In this document: positions 53,668 through 62,374 of the stretch, piece by piece
Numbering within the stretch: position 1 is the first letter of the stretch
How the letters are laid out: each line of letters opens with the position of its first letter
Assembly (NCBI GenBank): GCA_963845275.1
Contig: CAWJRR010000012.1
Span: 48,845-112,844 of the forward strand
DNA length: 64,000 bases
Source: Candidatus Bathyarchaeota archaeon
Lineage (GTDB): Archaea; Thermoproteota; Bathyarchaeia; 40CM-2-53-6
Direction of reading: 5' to 3'
Program-made: the position numbers and the translations under genes
The notes under the pieces: model-generated
The model's database searches: none
The model's input: the letters and a program-made list of their open reading frames with translations, nothing else
Told to the model about the DNA's origin: nothing

Positions 53668-55119
53668 TTAGGCAAATCTTGCGAATGCTTCTCGAAGATC
53701 TGCCATGAACCTGTTATGCCACTCGGTGAAGCTTTCCGGGGATTGAGGGTAGTTAGCGTAATGTTGCAGCAGTTGCCTGTTCTTATTTGAAGTGTACTGT
53801 AATCCCTTGGCTAGTCCGAGTCGAGGCAGCGCCCATAGAAGCTTGGACGCTTGGCTTGCGCGTTTGAAGTCTGGTTGTTCTCGTTTTATGATCTTGTCAA
53901 CATCCTCTTGGCTCAGGAAATGCTTCATGCCGTAGTTCAAGTCATCATTGCTCAAGCGTTGGAGGAAGCGTCTGAGAACCTCAGAGCTTGCCATCCGGTT
54001 CCCGTACGTCGCCATGTATTGCGTGTTAAACTTCCAGAGGCCACCTTCCGATACGTCGCCCGCCTCTAACGCTTCAGCAACCACTGATCCTGCAATGCAG
54101 CTTGCGTAGATTGCGGGGCCGATTCCTCCCGCGTCGATGGGTCGAGGCATCCACGCCGCGTCGCCCACAATGAGGTATCCGTTCGCGACAAGGCAGTCGT
54201 TCTGTCTTCGTATTGAAACCTGCCAGTTCCCTTTTGAATTTCCTTGGTCTTCTGGACCCTCAGCCAGTTTCCAGTTCTTGATTGCAGGGTTATTGCGCAC
54301 GTAATCTTCGATTAGAGATGAGAGCGTGGCACGTCTGCCCTGCGCACGGTTTCTCTCAACGAGTATTCGCTGCGCGACCCCTAGCCCAATGTTAGCTTTG
54401 TTCTCTCCCTTAGGGAAGACCCATGCGTAACCTCCGGGTGCAATGTTCTGATCAAGGTGAATGAGTGCATAGTCAGGATCGAAGTACGTTTTATCATCCC
54501 TGGCTACTTCGAATGTGATGATGTAACGTCCGGTTGACTCCATATCCTGATCTTTGTCAATCTCCTTCTGGATATAGCTCTTGATTGGCAGACTGGTCCT
54601 AAGACGTGAGGCGGAACCGGTCGCGTCTACCACAAGCTTAGCCCTCTTACTGAAAGTGGAATTGTCTTTAGCGGATCTGCATCGAACTCCCCTAATGAAC
54701 CCGTCTTCCGCGATTAACGAGTCAGCGTAAGTATCGAACTGCAATTGGATTCCAAGCTTCTCAGCGTCCCGTCTCTGCCTCTCCGGAAGCAGTCTTCTGT
54801 TGAGAATGAACCCTTGACCTTCGAAGGCTGCCTTTGATTGGTGGTCGGGTGAGTATGCTACGACGCCCTGTACGGTCCGTTCAAGTTCAGGTTTCCCGTA
54901 CTTGATACCGATATGGGTTGCCAGGAAGTCAAGGCTGGCTTTGCTGACGGCGTCCCCACAAACCCATCCGCCGCCCGTCTTCTTACCCAACTCTGACTCG
55001 GGGTTCCTGTCCATAACTAGGATGCTTAGTTCCTGTTTCGAGTGGTGCGCAATGGACGATGCGGTAATGAGCCCGGCAATGCCTCCGCCTGCAACGATCA
55101 CGTCATGATCAAATTCCAT
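53668..55119 (-). CDS. FAD-dependent geranylgeranyl reductase family protein (long form)
   Basis: Dinucleotide fold DVIVAGGGIAGL, also VDATGS and GDAA. At 483 aa it is about 80 aa longer than typical archaeal GGRs. Confidence 0.7.
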   Translation of the reverse strand: MEFDHDVIVAGGGIAGLITASSIAHHSKQELSILVMDRNPESELGKKTGGGWVCGDAVSKASLDFLATHIGIKYGKPELERTVQGVVAYSPDHQSKAAFEGQGFILNRRLLPERQRRDAEKLGIQLQFDTYADSLIAEDGFIRGVRCRSAKDNSTFSKRAKLVVDATGSASRLRTSLPIKSYIQKEIDKDQDMESTGRYIITFEVARDDKTYFDPDYALIHLDQNIAPGGYAWVFPKGENKANIGLGVAQRILVERNRAQGRRATLSSLIEDYVRNNPAIKNWKLAEGPEDQGNSKGNWQVSIRRQNDCLVANGYLIVGDAAWMPRPIDAGGIGPAIYASCIAGSVVAEALEAGDVSEGGLWKFNTQYMATYGNRMASSEVLRRFLQRLSNDDLNYGMKHFLSQEDVDKIIKREQPDFKRASQASKLLWALPRLGLAKGLQYTSNKNRQLLQHYANYPQSPESFTEWHNRFMADLREAFARFA

Positions 55120-55253
55120 CGTAGGATGACACCGCTCGAAATATGCTGTCCAGTAAGGCGAGGCGTGTGCACAAAAATGTTCAGGTTCAGTAAGGAGCCT
55201 AAGTGCGGAAAGCGAAAAACATGGTCGGAGGCGAAGAGAACAGTGTGAGCTGT

Positions 55254-56981
55254 CTACTTGCCTTGGATCATGCCGTTTTCAATAGTCAGAAGGTCGGATG
55301 ATGGCGTGTTGAGCGCGCCGAGTGGGCAGCCGCATCCGGCTGCATGTCCTTTGCCTTTGCGTAAGCTTCCCTTGTACAGTCCCTGCTCCAGTGTTGTCTT
55401 GTTCTCTCGTTCCCACTTCTCGATGGGGATGCCGTATTTTGGTTGAATCGCGTCTCGGTACCATTCGGGGATTACGTTGAAGGCGCAGAAGGGTATGATT
55501 CTGAGGTCGGGGCTCATGTAGTGGATGTCGCAGCGGCGTAACCTTTCTTCGTCGTGGTTGTATTTGTCCATGAAGTGCATCATTCCTAGGAACATTGATT
55601 TGTGGTGGAAGGCGCCTAGAGAACCGTAGTCGTTCTTGACCAGGGCGTTGAAAAGTAGTTTGCTGAGGGCTAGGCCTTTGGGTTGCTTGCTTCTGTCAAT
55701 GAATGTACCCATCTTCGCGAGGACTTTAGCGATGACCAGGTACTTGTTGGAGCCGGCTCTCAGTTCATCCGCTTTCTCCTCTAAGTATTCGAGAAGACCT
55801 TCAATGTCAACGAAGGACGCGATTGGAACGAGTTTGTCGCCATCTTTGAATACGTAGGTGCCTGCTCCGCACGCGAAGTGTATGGATAGCTCGTATCGTG
55901 GTCTCTTGGTTAAGGCTTCTACAAAGTGCGTTATTGGTACGCAACTCGGGACGGGGAACCATGAGTCTGAGGTGACCTCCCCATTGGTTTGTTCCTCGAT
56001 TCGCTGGATGCAATCGGGGATTGTTATTCGATACTTTTCCCGCTCAGACTTCGAGAGTCTGCCAGTAAGCGAGACCGGCTGGAAGTTTACTGCGTGAACG
56101 ACGTCCATGTTCCTCTGGCCGAATCGAATCAAGCCTCCTAACTCATGGTCGTTAATGGTTTTGATGACCGTTGGGACAAGGACCACGCCTAATCCTGCCT
56201 CTCTGCAGTTCTGTATGGCCATTGGAGCTTCCCAATGGTTCTTCGGGTTCGTTCTGGGAGTTACGCCGTCGAAACTCATGTAAACGGTGTTTACGCCTGC
56301 CTGCCTGACCCTCCTCGCGGTCGTGGGGTCAATGGCCATGTTGATACCATTGCTGTTCAGTTGAATGTGCTCGACTCCCTCTTCCCTGCAGATTTTCACG
56401 ATTTCCTCCAAATCGTTTCGGAGTGTTGGCTCTCCTCCAGTGATTTGGATGGCGTTGCCGGGAACGGGGCGTTCGGCACGCAGAACCTTAACCATCTCAC
56501 GGATCTTCTCCAGGGTAGGTTCATACACGTACGCGCCTTCCACGCCCTTCTTCGCGTAGAAGAAACAATACCAGCAGGTAAGGTCGCAACGGTTCGTAAT
56601 TACCAGGTTGGTTAAGCCTGAGTGACTAAGGTGACTCGTGCAGAGCCCACAGTTGGTTGGGCACGCACATTTCTCCAACGGAACGTTCGGGTTCTCAATA
56701 CCCTTACCGTTATGCGAATGCTTCGCAAACTTGTAGTACATATCGGCGGATCCGAAGTATAATTCCTCAATCTCGCCATGGTCGGGGCAAGTTTTAGAGA
56801 TCCAAATCTTCCCGTCGCGCTCGTAGACATTCGCGGGAAGGATCTTGTTGCAGTCCGGACAGATACTTCGAGTCTCACGAATCTGCTTAAGCTCAGTCCT
56901 TTCAAGTTGAATAGTTTCCAGTTTTACCACCGTTAGTGAATTACTCCGGCCTAGGTTTTCATGCATATTAATTCTTTCCAA
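55254..56981 (-). CDS. tes: radical SAM protein of the MJ0619 / tetraether lipid synthase (Tes, GDGT-MAS) type
   Basis: N-terminal zinc ribbon CPDCNKILPANVYERDGKIWISKTCPDHG, radical SAM motif CDLTCWYC, and a long C-terminal domain. Adjacent to, and co-oriented with, the GGR gene. Confidence 0.55.
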   Translation of the reverse strand: MERINMHENLGRSNSLTVVKLETIQLERTELKQIRETRSICPDCNKILPANVYERDGKIWISKTCPDHGEIEELYFGSADMYYKFAKHSHNGKGIENPNVPLEKCACPTNCGLCTSHLSHSGLTNLVITNRCDLTCWYCFFYAKKGVEGAYVYEPTLEKIREMVKVLRAERPVPGNAIQITGGEPTLRNDLEEIVKICREEGVEHIQLNSNGINMAIDPTTARRVRQAGVNTVYMSFDGVTPRTNPKNHWEAPMAIQNCREAGLGVVLVPTVIKTINDHELGGLIRFGQRNMDVVHAVNFQPVSLTGRLSKSEREKYRITIPDCIQRIEEQTNGEVTSDSWFPVPSCVPITHFVEALTKRPRYELSIHFACGAGTYVFKDGDKLVPIASFVDIEGLLEYLEEKADELRAGSNKYLVIAKVLAKMGTFIDRSKQPKGLALSKLLFNALVKNDYGSLGAFHHKSMFLGMMHFMDKYNHDEERLRRCDIHYMSPDLRIIPFCAFNVIPEWYRDAIQPKYGIPIEKWERENKTTLEQGLYKGSLRKGKGHAAGCGCPLGALNTPSSDLLTIENGMIQGK

Positions 56982-57098
56982 ACGAGAACTAGGGTGAAAC
57001 GTAGGACCCGAAAAAGGCTCATTTTAAGCCTATTGCTGGATTACGAAGTGACACAAATATCACGGAACCTGCCCTCATTCGGCTGGCTGGTGACATGA

Positions 57099-57572
57099 AT
57101 GGCTGAGTTCAAGCCTCCTAGCAGGTCAACTACAACGATTACTCGCATTATGATGCCAATGGACGCTAACGTAGCCGGAAACGTCTTCGGCGGCAGCATT
57201 CTCAGACTCATAGACGAAGTGGCCTCAATCGTTGCCTTTCGTCACGCGCAGAAGAACGTGGTGACCGCCTCAATTGATCGAATGGACTTCTTCTCACCCG
57301 TCTTCATCGGAGACCTCCTCCGCCTGAACGCTTCAATCAACTACGTTCACAAGACATCCATGGAGATTGGAGTTCGCGTTGAAGCAGAGAACCCCGTAAC
57401 GGGTCAAGTGAGGCATACGGGAACATGTTTCCTAACATACGTCGCGCTTGACAAGGATGGGAAACCTTCACTGGTTCCAGCATTGAAGCTGGAGACAGAT
57501 GATGAGAAGAGACGATGGACTGAAGCTGAGGTTAGAAGAAGCATACGGCTCGAGCTGATTGGAACGAGGTAA
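57099..57572 (+). CDS. hotdog-fold acyl-CoA thioesterase (YciA/Acot-like)
   Basis: Motifs MPMDANVAGNVFGG.ILRLIDEVA, ..VTASIDRMDF..PV..GD. Confidence 0.75.
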   Translation: MAEFKPPSRSTTTITRIMMPMDANVAGNVFGGSILRLIDEVASIVAFRHAQKNVVTASIDRMDFFSPVFIGDLLRLNASINYVHKTSMEIGVRVEAENPVTGQVRHTGTCFLTYVALDKDGKPSLVPALKLETDDEKRRWTEAEVRRSIRLELIGTR

Positions 57573-57634
57573 TAATTAGCACGTTCGGAAAACTTCAAGA
57601 AGAATTGGCGCCTAGTTGAGAGGGTGGAAGAAAG

Positions 57635-57865
57635 ATGCCGATTGGTGTGGTAATCACTTTCGACGACGCGGCGAATAAGGCATGGGTGACCGTTTCCGAA
57701 CCTGACCTTGACAGGTACATTGGACACGAAGCCACTTTCCTATTCTCGAAGACAAAGGACTTCAAAGGGAAAGTTCTAGGAATCGAGGATGATTTCCTCG
57801 TGGTTCAGTTTAGCGAGCAGCCCCTTGGGCTAGGTCAAGGTAGCCAAGTCTCAATTGCCGATTAA
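57635..57865 (+). CDS. hypothetical small protein
   Basis: 76-aa ORF. No family recognised. Confidence 0.35.
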   Translation: MPIGVVITFDDAANKAWVTVSEPDLDRYIGHEATFLFSKTKDFKGKVLGIEDDFLVVQFSEQPLGLGQGSQVSIAD

Positions 57866-57931
57866 CGACTTGCCACTTTATAACATAGGACGCGAATTCG
57901 AAAAGGTCAGTTAACGTTAGAGGCCTAATAC

Positions 57932-58279
57932 GTGATTCGAAATCTGGAAAGAGACTGGCGAGAAAGAGTAGTGAAGAACAATCTCGACCTCATAATACTT
58001 AGGCTTCTCCACGCTCAACCCAGATGGGGATACGAGGTGAACACAGCAATACGGGACAGGTTCCGGGTCTATCTAAGTGCCGGCACGCTGTATCCGCTTC
58101 TTCACTCCTTGGAAGAAGACGGGTACATTCAAGGTGAATGGGAATCAGAGAAAGGGCGCGGGCGAAGAATCTACAGGATCACGGAGAGCGGCCTCCATTT
58201 CCTGGAGACGGGCGAGAAGGCTACGTTGGATTTAGCTAGGATAATACAGAGCCAGACGAAGGATTCAAAACCCCCGTAA
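57932..58279 (+). CDS. PadR-family transcriptional regulator
   Basis: Motifs ..LIILRLL...PRWGYE...I.......LS.GTLYPLLHSLEEDGYI......E.GR.RR.YRITE.G. Confidence 0.8.
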   Translation: MIRNLERDWRERVVKNNLDLIILRLLHAQPRWGYEVNTAIRDRFRVYLSAGTLYPLLHSLEEDGYIQGEWESEKGRGRRIYRITESGLHFLETGEKATLDLARIIQSQTKDSKPP

Positions 58280-58325
58280 TTCGAAAGCAATATCAATACA
58301 TACCCGTTTTGCAGCAGGGGTTGGA

Positions 58326-58874
58326 ATGCTAGAAAATTCAGCTATCGGCAAATTCTTCAAGAAGAATCCTGCAGCGAGGGTAATCGTCTTAATACTAATC
58401 CTACTCGCCGCTACATACGGCAGCGTTGCCGTACTCAAAGTCGCCTTGAACACTGAGTCGCCTCTAATGGTTGTCTCGTCAGGAAGTATGATCCCCACGC
58501 TGAATGTGGGCGACATTATCCTAGTTCGAGGCATAGACCCGAATACGGTAACTGTGGGAACAATAATCATCTTTCACAGCCCGTATGATTACAGCATGCC
58601 GATAGTTCATCGCGTTATCGCGATATCAAACGATGGAAATTCCATCTCCTTCCAAACTAAAGGCGATAATAATCCTGGACCCGACGGATGGAGTGTCCCA
58701 GCGCAGAACCTGATGGGAGTTTACGTTGCGAAGCTGCCTTATGTTGGTTTGATCAGTCTTGAACTGAGAGGACCGTTAGGTGCGACGCTAATAATCCTGC
58801 TAGTAGCGTTGATTATAGCGATTGAATATAGCGAATCAAAGCACGAGTCGAAAGGGAAAGCGGGCTCAGCTTAG
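58326..58874 (+). CDS. signal peptidase I, archaeal/ER (S26B, Sec11-like) type
   Basis: N-terminal TM, catalytic Ser box SGSMIPTL, GDIILV, HRVI and KGDNN boxes, and a C-terminal TM. Confidence 0.8.
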   Translation: MLENSAIGKFFKKNPAARVIVLILILLAATYGSVAVLKVALNTESPLMVVSSGSMIPTLNVGDIILVRGIDPNTVTVGTIIIFHSPYDYSMPIVHRVIAISNDGNSISFQTKGDNNPGPDGWSVPAQNLMGVYVAKLPYVGLISLELRGPLGATLIILLVALIIAIEYSESKHESKGKAGSA

Positions 58875-58875
58875 C

Positions 58876-59118
58876 TTAGTCCCCGGTCGTGACTAATTCT
58901 CCAACTATTGCAGTATGCGTACGCAGCACGCCTTGAATAGTTTGGATCCTGCCGCGGACTGTTCCGGTCAGGCTGTTTATGCCTGAGGCTTCCACGTACG
59001 CGATAATATCGAACATGCGAGTTACCGGGTGAGCGGTTTTTACTCCTTCAATCCTTGAGATTTTTTCGGTGATGCTTCTCGATTTTCCTGGAGCGATTCT
59101 TGAGGAGTACGTAGGCAC
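58876..59118 (-). CDS. stand-alone Lrp/AsnC-type ligand-binding (RAM) domain protein
   Basis: 80 aa. The pattern ..I..I.GV...H.VTG.FDII..VEA......L...V...I..I.GV..T.T.I. (beta-alpha-beta-beta-alpha-beta) with no HTH. Confidence 0.55.
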   Translation of the reverse strand: MPTYSSRIAPGKSRSITEKISRIEGVKTAHPVTRMFDIIAYVEASGINSLTGTVRGRIQTIQGVLRTHTAIVGELVTTGD

Positions 59119-59146
59119 CGATCTTTCGCTCGGCCATTTGGCAACC

Positions 59147-59725
59147 TTACTTCTGGTCGTAGGCTATGAGTGCTTTCTCTTCTAGTGTATCCTGGAGTTT
59201 TGTAACTGCCCTGTGAACCTCAGTTTCCTTCTTCGCGCCAGTGCACACTAGTTTGCCGCTGGCGAAGAGCAGAATCACTACTTTTGGATCGTCCATTCTG
59301 TAGATGAGGCCGGGGAATTGTTCAGGTTCGTACATGGTACGTTTGAGGGAGTAGGTTGACTTTTCTAGATCAATATAGCCGCCTAATCCGGCGGACGCAA
59401 CGATGTTTTGAATCATAATCTCAGGTTTACCGAGGATAACGATCCCGTTTCGTTTGAGTTCATCAACTACTTTCATGACGGCCTTACGAGCTTGACGCTC
59501 CGACTTCGCACCAGTGCAAACCATTTTGCCAGAACTGAAGATCAAAGTGGCGGTCTTGGGCTTCTTTAGGCGATAAACTAGGCCAGGAAACTGTTCAGGC
59601 CGATATTCTACGCCCGGAAACACTCGAACAATAGAATTCAAGTCAATGTTCTGGTGAAGGGTTGCGGACGCGACAACGTTCTCGATGTTGATGAACGCTT
59701 TTCTTACCGGACGCGCTACTGCCAC
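59147..59725 (-). CDS. tbp: TATA-box binding protein
   Basis: Two direct repeats, each with ENVVAS..L......L........YEPEQFPGL.YR...PK...L.F.SGK.V.TGAK. Length is 192 aa. Confidence 0.95.
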   Translation of the reverse strand: MAVARPVRKAFINIENVVASATLHQNIDLNSIVRVFPGVEYRPEQFPGLVYRLKKPKTATLIFSSGKMVCTGAKSERQARKAVMKVVDELKRNGIVILGKPEIMIQNIVASAGLGGYIDLEKSTYSLKRTMYEPEQFPGLIYRMDDPKVVILLFASGKLVCTGAKKETEVHRAVTKLQDTLEEKALIAYDQK

Positions 59726-59985
59726 CTTATAAACCCAACAACAGCCTAAAGCCTCTGCATATATAAGCCCTATTAAAGGAAGAAAGTGTGGTTATACGGT
59801 TTCTTCTACTAAAGGAGCTATTGAAGCGGTTCTTCTGAGTTAGCGTAGTTTGGCCGTGGTTCAGACTACCAAACAACACGTCACAGACCAACAACCAACC
59901 GTTAATTCGACACACACAAACGACGGGTTCAAATTTGAACGGAAATGATTTCTTGATCCGGCAGTCAATGGTGTCTTGAGGAATC

Positions 59986-60762
59986 ATGCGACTCCTTCCG
60001 TTCCCGCTGGCGGTGCTGATCATCCTCTTTGTCAACACCGCAACAGGCATAGCTTCAGCTCAGGCACCCTCTGTGTCGGGGAGCGTATTCTACCTTCATT
60101 ACAAATCTGAGATGTATCGTAGCGAGAACGCATCCGTAATCATTCTTGAGGAAGCCAATCTCACTATGCCGTTAGGCTCGACTCCAGAAATCCTTGAAGT
60201 CTCTGCTGCCATTCGAAATGCCACGTCCATCTTTGGTTCAGTCTGGATAGGTTCCGTAGCTTGGGTAAGCCAGCCACTAACTGAGGCTACAACAGTCCGA
60301 GGACCTTTAACATTCACAGTCTGGCTTTCCAGCGACGACGCAGCTCCTTCATTTTCGGGAGTAGGTGCAGGTATCACAGTTCTCAACCAACAGAATCAAA
60401 CCGTTGGAAGATATGTTTACACATACTCCTACGCACGGGGCAAAATTCTGACATCTTCACCAAGCGAGTACAGTTTCAATGTCGAACTTGATCGAGAAAT
60501 CCTTGCAGGTCAAAGACTAGTCTTCGCAGTCGGGGTAGGTTCCACCACTGAGGGATGGCGTATGAAAATTCTCTTCGACGATTCACAACATCCGAGCCGC
60601 GTGCTGCTACCCTCGAACATAACCGTGGTCCCGGAATTCCAGTTCAACTCAGCTATCCTAACAACTTTCAGTACAACGATACTATTAATGAGCCTAACGA
60701 AGCGAAAGCCTCACGATCTCCGGAAGAGCAAGCCAAGAAGCGTCGACCCATCATTAGCTTAG
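59986..60762 (+). CDS. secreted protein with PEF-CTERM-like sorting signal
   Basis: Signal peptide (..NTATGIASAQA). The C-terminus VVPEF-QFNSAILTTFSTTILLMSL-TKRK matches the motif + TM + basic-tail layout, although the tail is unusually long. Confidence 0.5.
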   Translation: MRLLPFPLAVLIILFVNTATGIASAQAPSVSGSVFYLHYKSEMYRSENASVIILEEANLTMPLGSTPEILEVSAAIRNATSIFGSVWIGSVAWVSQPLTEATTVRGPLTFTVWLSSDDAAPSFSGVGAGITVLNQQNQTVGRYVYTYSYARGKILTSSPSEYSFNVELDREILAGQRLVFAVGVGSTTEGWRMKILFDDSQHPSRVLLPSNITVVPEFQFNSAILTTFSTTILLMSLTKRKPHDLRKSKPRSVDPSLA

Positions 60763-60855
60763 TAGCCTTCATGCGCAGAGAGATTCAGGATCTCACAGGT
60801 ACGACAGATTTCACTTTTGAACGAACCGTCACTTTGCTGACGATCCCCCGAAACG

Positions 60856-61215
60856 TTGAGTAACATATGGGTGGTGTTCAGTAGTTATACTACCCGAGAT
60901 GCCCCAGTCACCAAAATTAGATTGGAGAATGTACGAGTTTCGTTAATCAGATTTTCGCGAATGTTAACTTATGGAGGGCTTTTTCTGTTTGGATGGTACC
61001 CACTCCTACGAGCCAAGTTGAATGCAGTATTTTGGGTGTTTCTGAGCATTTCAATGAGCGTTGCATTATCCATTGCATTAAGCATAGGATTCTGGTTGCT
61101 TAGACAACGACAATCCAGGGTAATTCAACACGTGAGACTCTTTTGTTCATACTGCGGGCGCAAACTTCCGGTCAGCTCAAGATTCTGTGATGGCTGCGGC
61201 AAACCCACATTCTAG
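60856..61215 (+). CDS. small membrane protein with C-terminal zinc ribbon
   Basis: Two TM helices, then CSYCGRKLPVSSRFCDGCGKP. This is the same tail type as 36541-38103 and 49655-51334. Confidence 0.5.
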   Translation: MSNIWVVFSSYTTRDAPVTKIRLENVRVSLIRFSRMLTYGGLFLFGWYPLLRAKLNAVFWVFLSISMSVALSIALSIGFWLLRQRQSRVIQHVRLFCSYCGRKLPVSSRFCDGCGKPTF

Positions 61216-61341
61216 TCGGGATCAGTTCCCCTAGTTAAGCTACCAACGGATTTGTGCGAAGGAGAGTTGAGATGTGAAATCTTGAAAAGAGGATTAGGGC
61301 AACCAAAGCAACTATTGAGATGGATTTCGCTGATGTTTTGG

Positions 61342-61872
61342 TTATGCTGAAGCGTGTCTTTTCCGGAGAAGGACGGGCACGAGCAGCAACGAGAAGAGTA
61401 GCGCAAGTCCGTAGCTTGAATACTCGGGGACGGGAGTGACCCAGTTAACCGTCACCTGAGCGAATCCAGCGTTGCCCATACTGTCGTATGCAATCACTGA
61501 TACGGTGTAGGTGCCGGGTGACGTGTACGCGTGATACAGCACTTCGCTGACCTGGCTTTGCGCCGAGTATGGCACATCCTTCGTAACTCCATCTCCAAAC
61601 TGCCATGTGAGCTTCGTTATCGTTAATCCGGGACTCGTCTTTGCCGTCACGCCGAAAGAGTAAGTTTGGGGAGAATACTGCGTCAGATCTACGGAGTCGA
61701 AGGCTACCTGAACGGCTCCGACCCCAGCAGCAGTCGACAGTGACGTTGTAGTTGTGATGGTAAAGGAGACGTTATCCTGGACCACATTTGTACTCGTATG
61801 TGCAGAGACGCTTACTGCTAATACGCATAAGGACAGAAGCATAACGCCGATAACTAACGGTCGAGAGTTCAC
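61342..61872 (-). CDS. PKD-domain surface protein with PEF-like (PEY) C-terminal sorting signal
   Basis: Signal peptide, PKD motif WQFGDG....HAYTSPGTYTVSVIAYDSMGN, and C-terminus VPEYSSYGLALLFSLLLVPVLLRKR. Confidence 0.65.
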   Translation of the reverse strand: MNSRPLVIGVMLLSLCVLAVSVSAHTSTNVVQDNVSFTITTTTSLSTAAGVGAVQVAFDSVDLTQYSPQTYSFGVTAKTSPGLTITKLTWQFGDGVTKDVPYSAQSQVSEVLYHAYTSPGTYTVSVIAYDSMGNAGFAQVTVNWVTPVPEYSSYGLALLFSLLLVPVLLRKRHASA

Positions 61873-61975
61873 AATTATTCCTCCACAATGCAGAGGTCAA
61901 CGCGTTATTGCAAATAAAGATAACCGCATACCCCCGCAAAGACGTGTATGTTTCTCGTGGATTTTCTTCGGCTGT

Positions 61976-62371
61976 TTACAGACTGCTGCGCTTGCTCCTT
62001 CTCAATAGTGCTAGCGCGATTGCGCCTACTGCGAATCCTAGGAGGATTCCTTCGACTGGGAAGCCTGGGATTCCGCCGCCGCCATATCCGGATGAGTAAC
62101 TAAAGACGGTTGAACTCACTGTTGTTACGGATGTGGTTGTTATCAACGTGGTTGAGCTGCTCGTGGAAGATGTGACGGTGCTTGACGTTGATGTAAGAGT
62201 GGAGTTAATGGTTGTAGTTTCGGTTGCCGTTTGCGCTGGGGATGTAAGCGGGGTAGGTTTCGCTAGGGAAGGGGAGGTTGCTAGAAGAATGATTAGGAAG
62301 ACTAGCATTACTCCTAGCGTTATCGCTTGGGCTTGTGACAGAGTGGGAAATAGTTTAGTTGCGTCCAACAA
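61976..62371 (-). CDS. small Thr/Ser-rich PGF-CTERM protein
   Basis: 131 aa. Signal/anchor, Thr/Ser-rich low-complexity core, and C-terminus IPGFPVEGILLGFAVGAIALALLRRSKR. Confidence 0.55.
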   Translation of the reverse strand: MLDATKLFPTLSQAQAITLGVMLVFLIILLATSPSLAKPTPLTSPAQTATETTTINSTLTSTSSTVTSSTSSSTTLITTTSVTTVSSTVFSYSSGYGGGGIPGFPVEGILLGFAVGAIALALLRRSKRSSL

Positions 62372-62374
62372 TAC

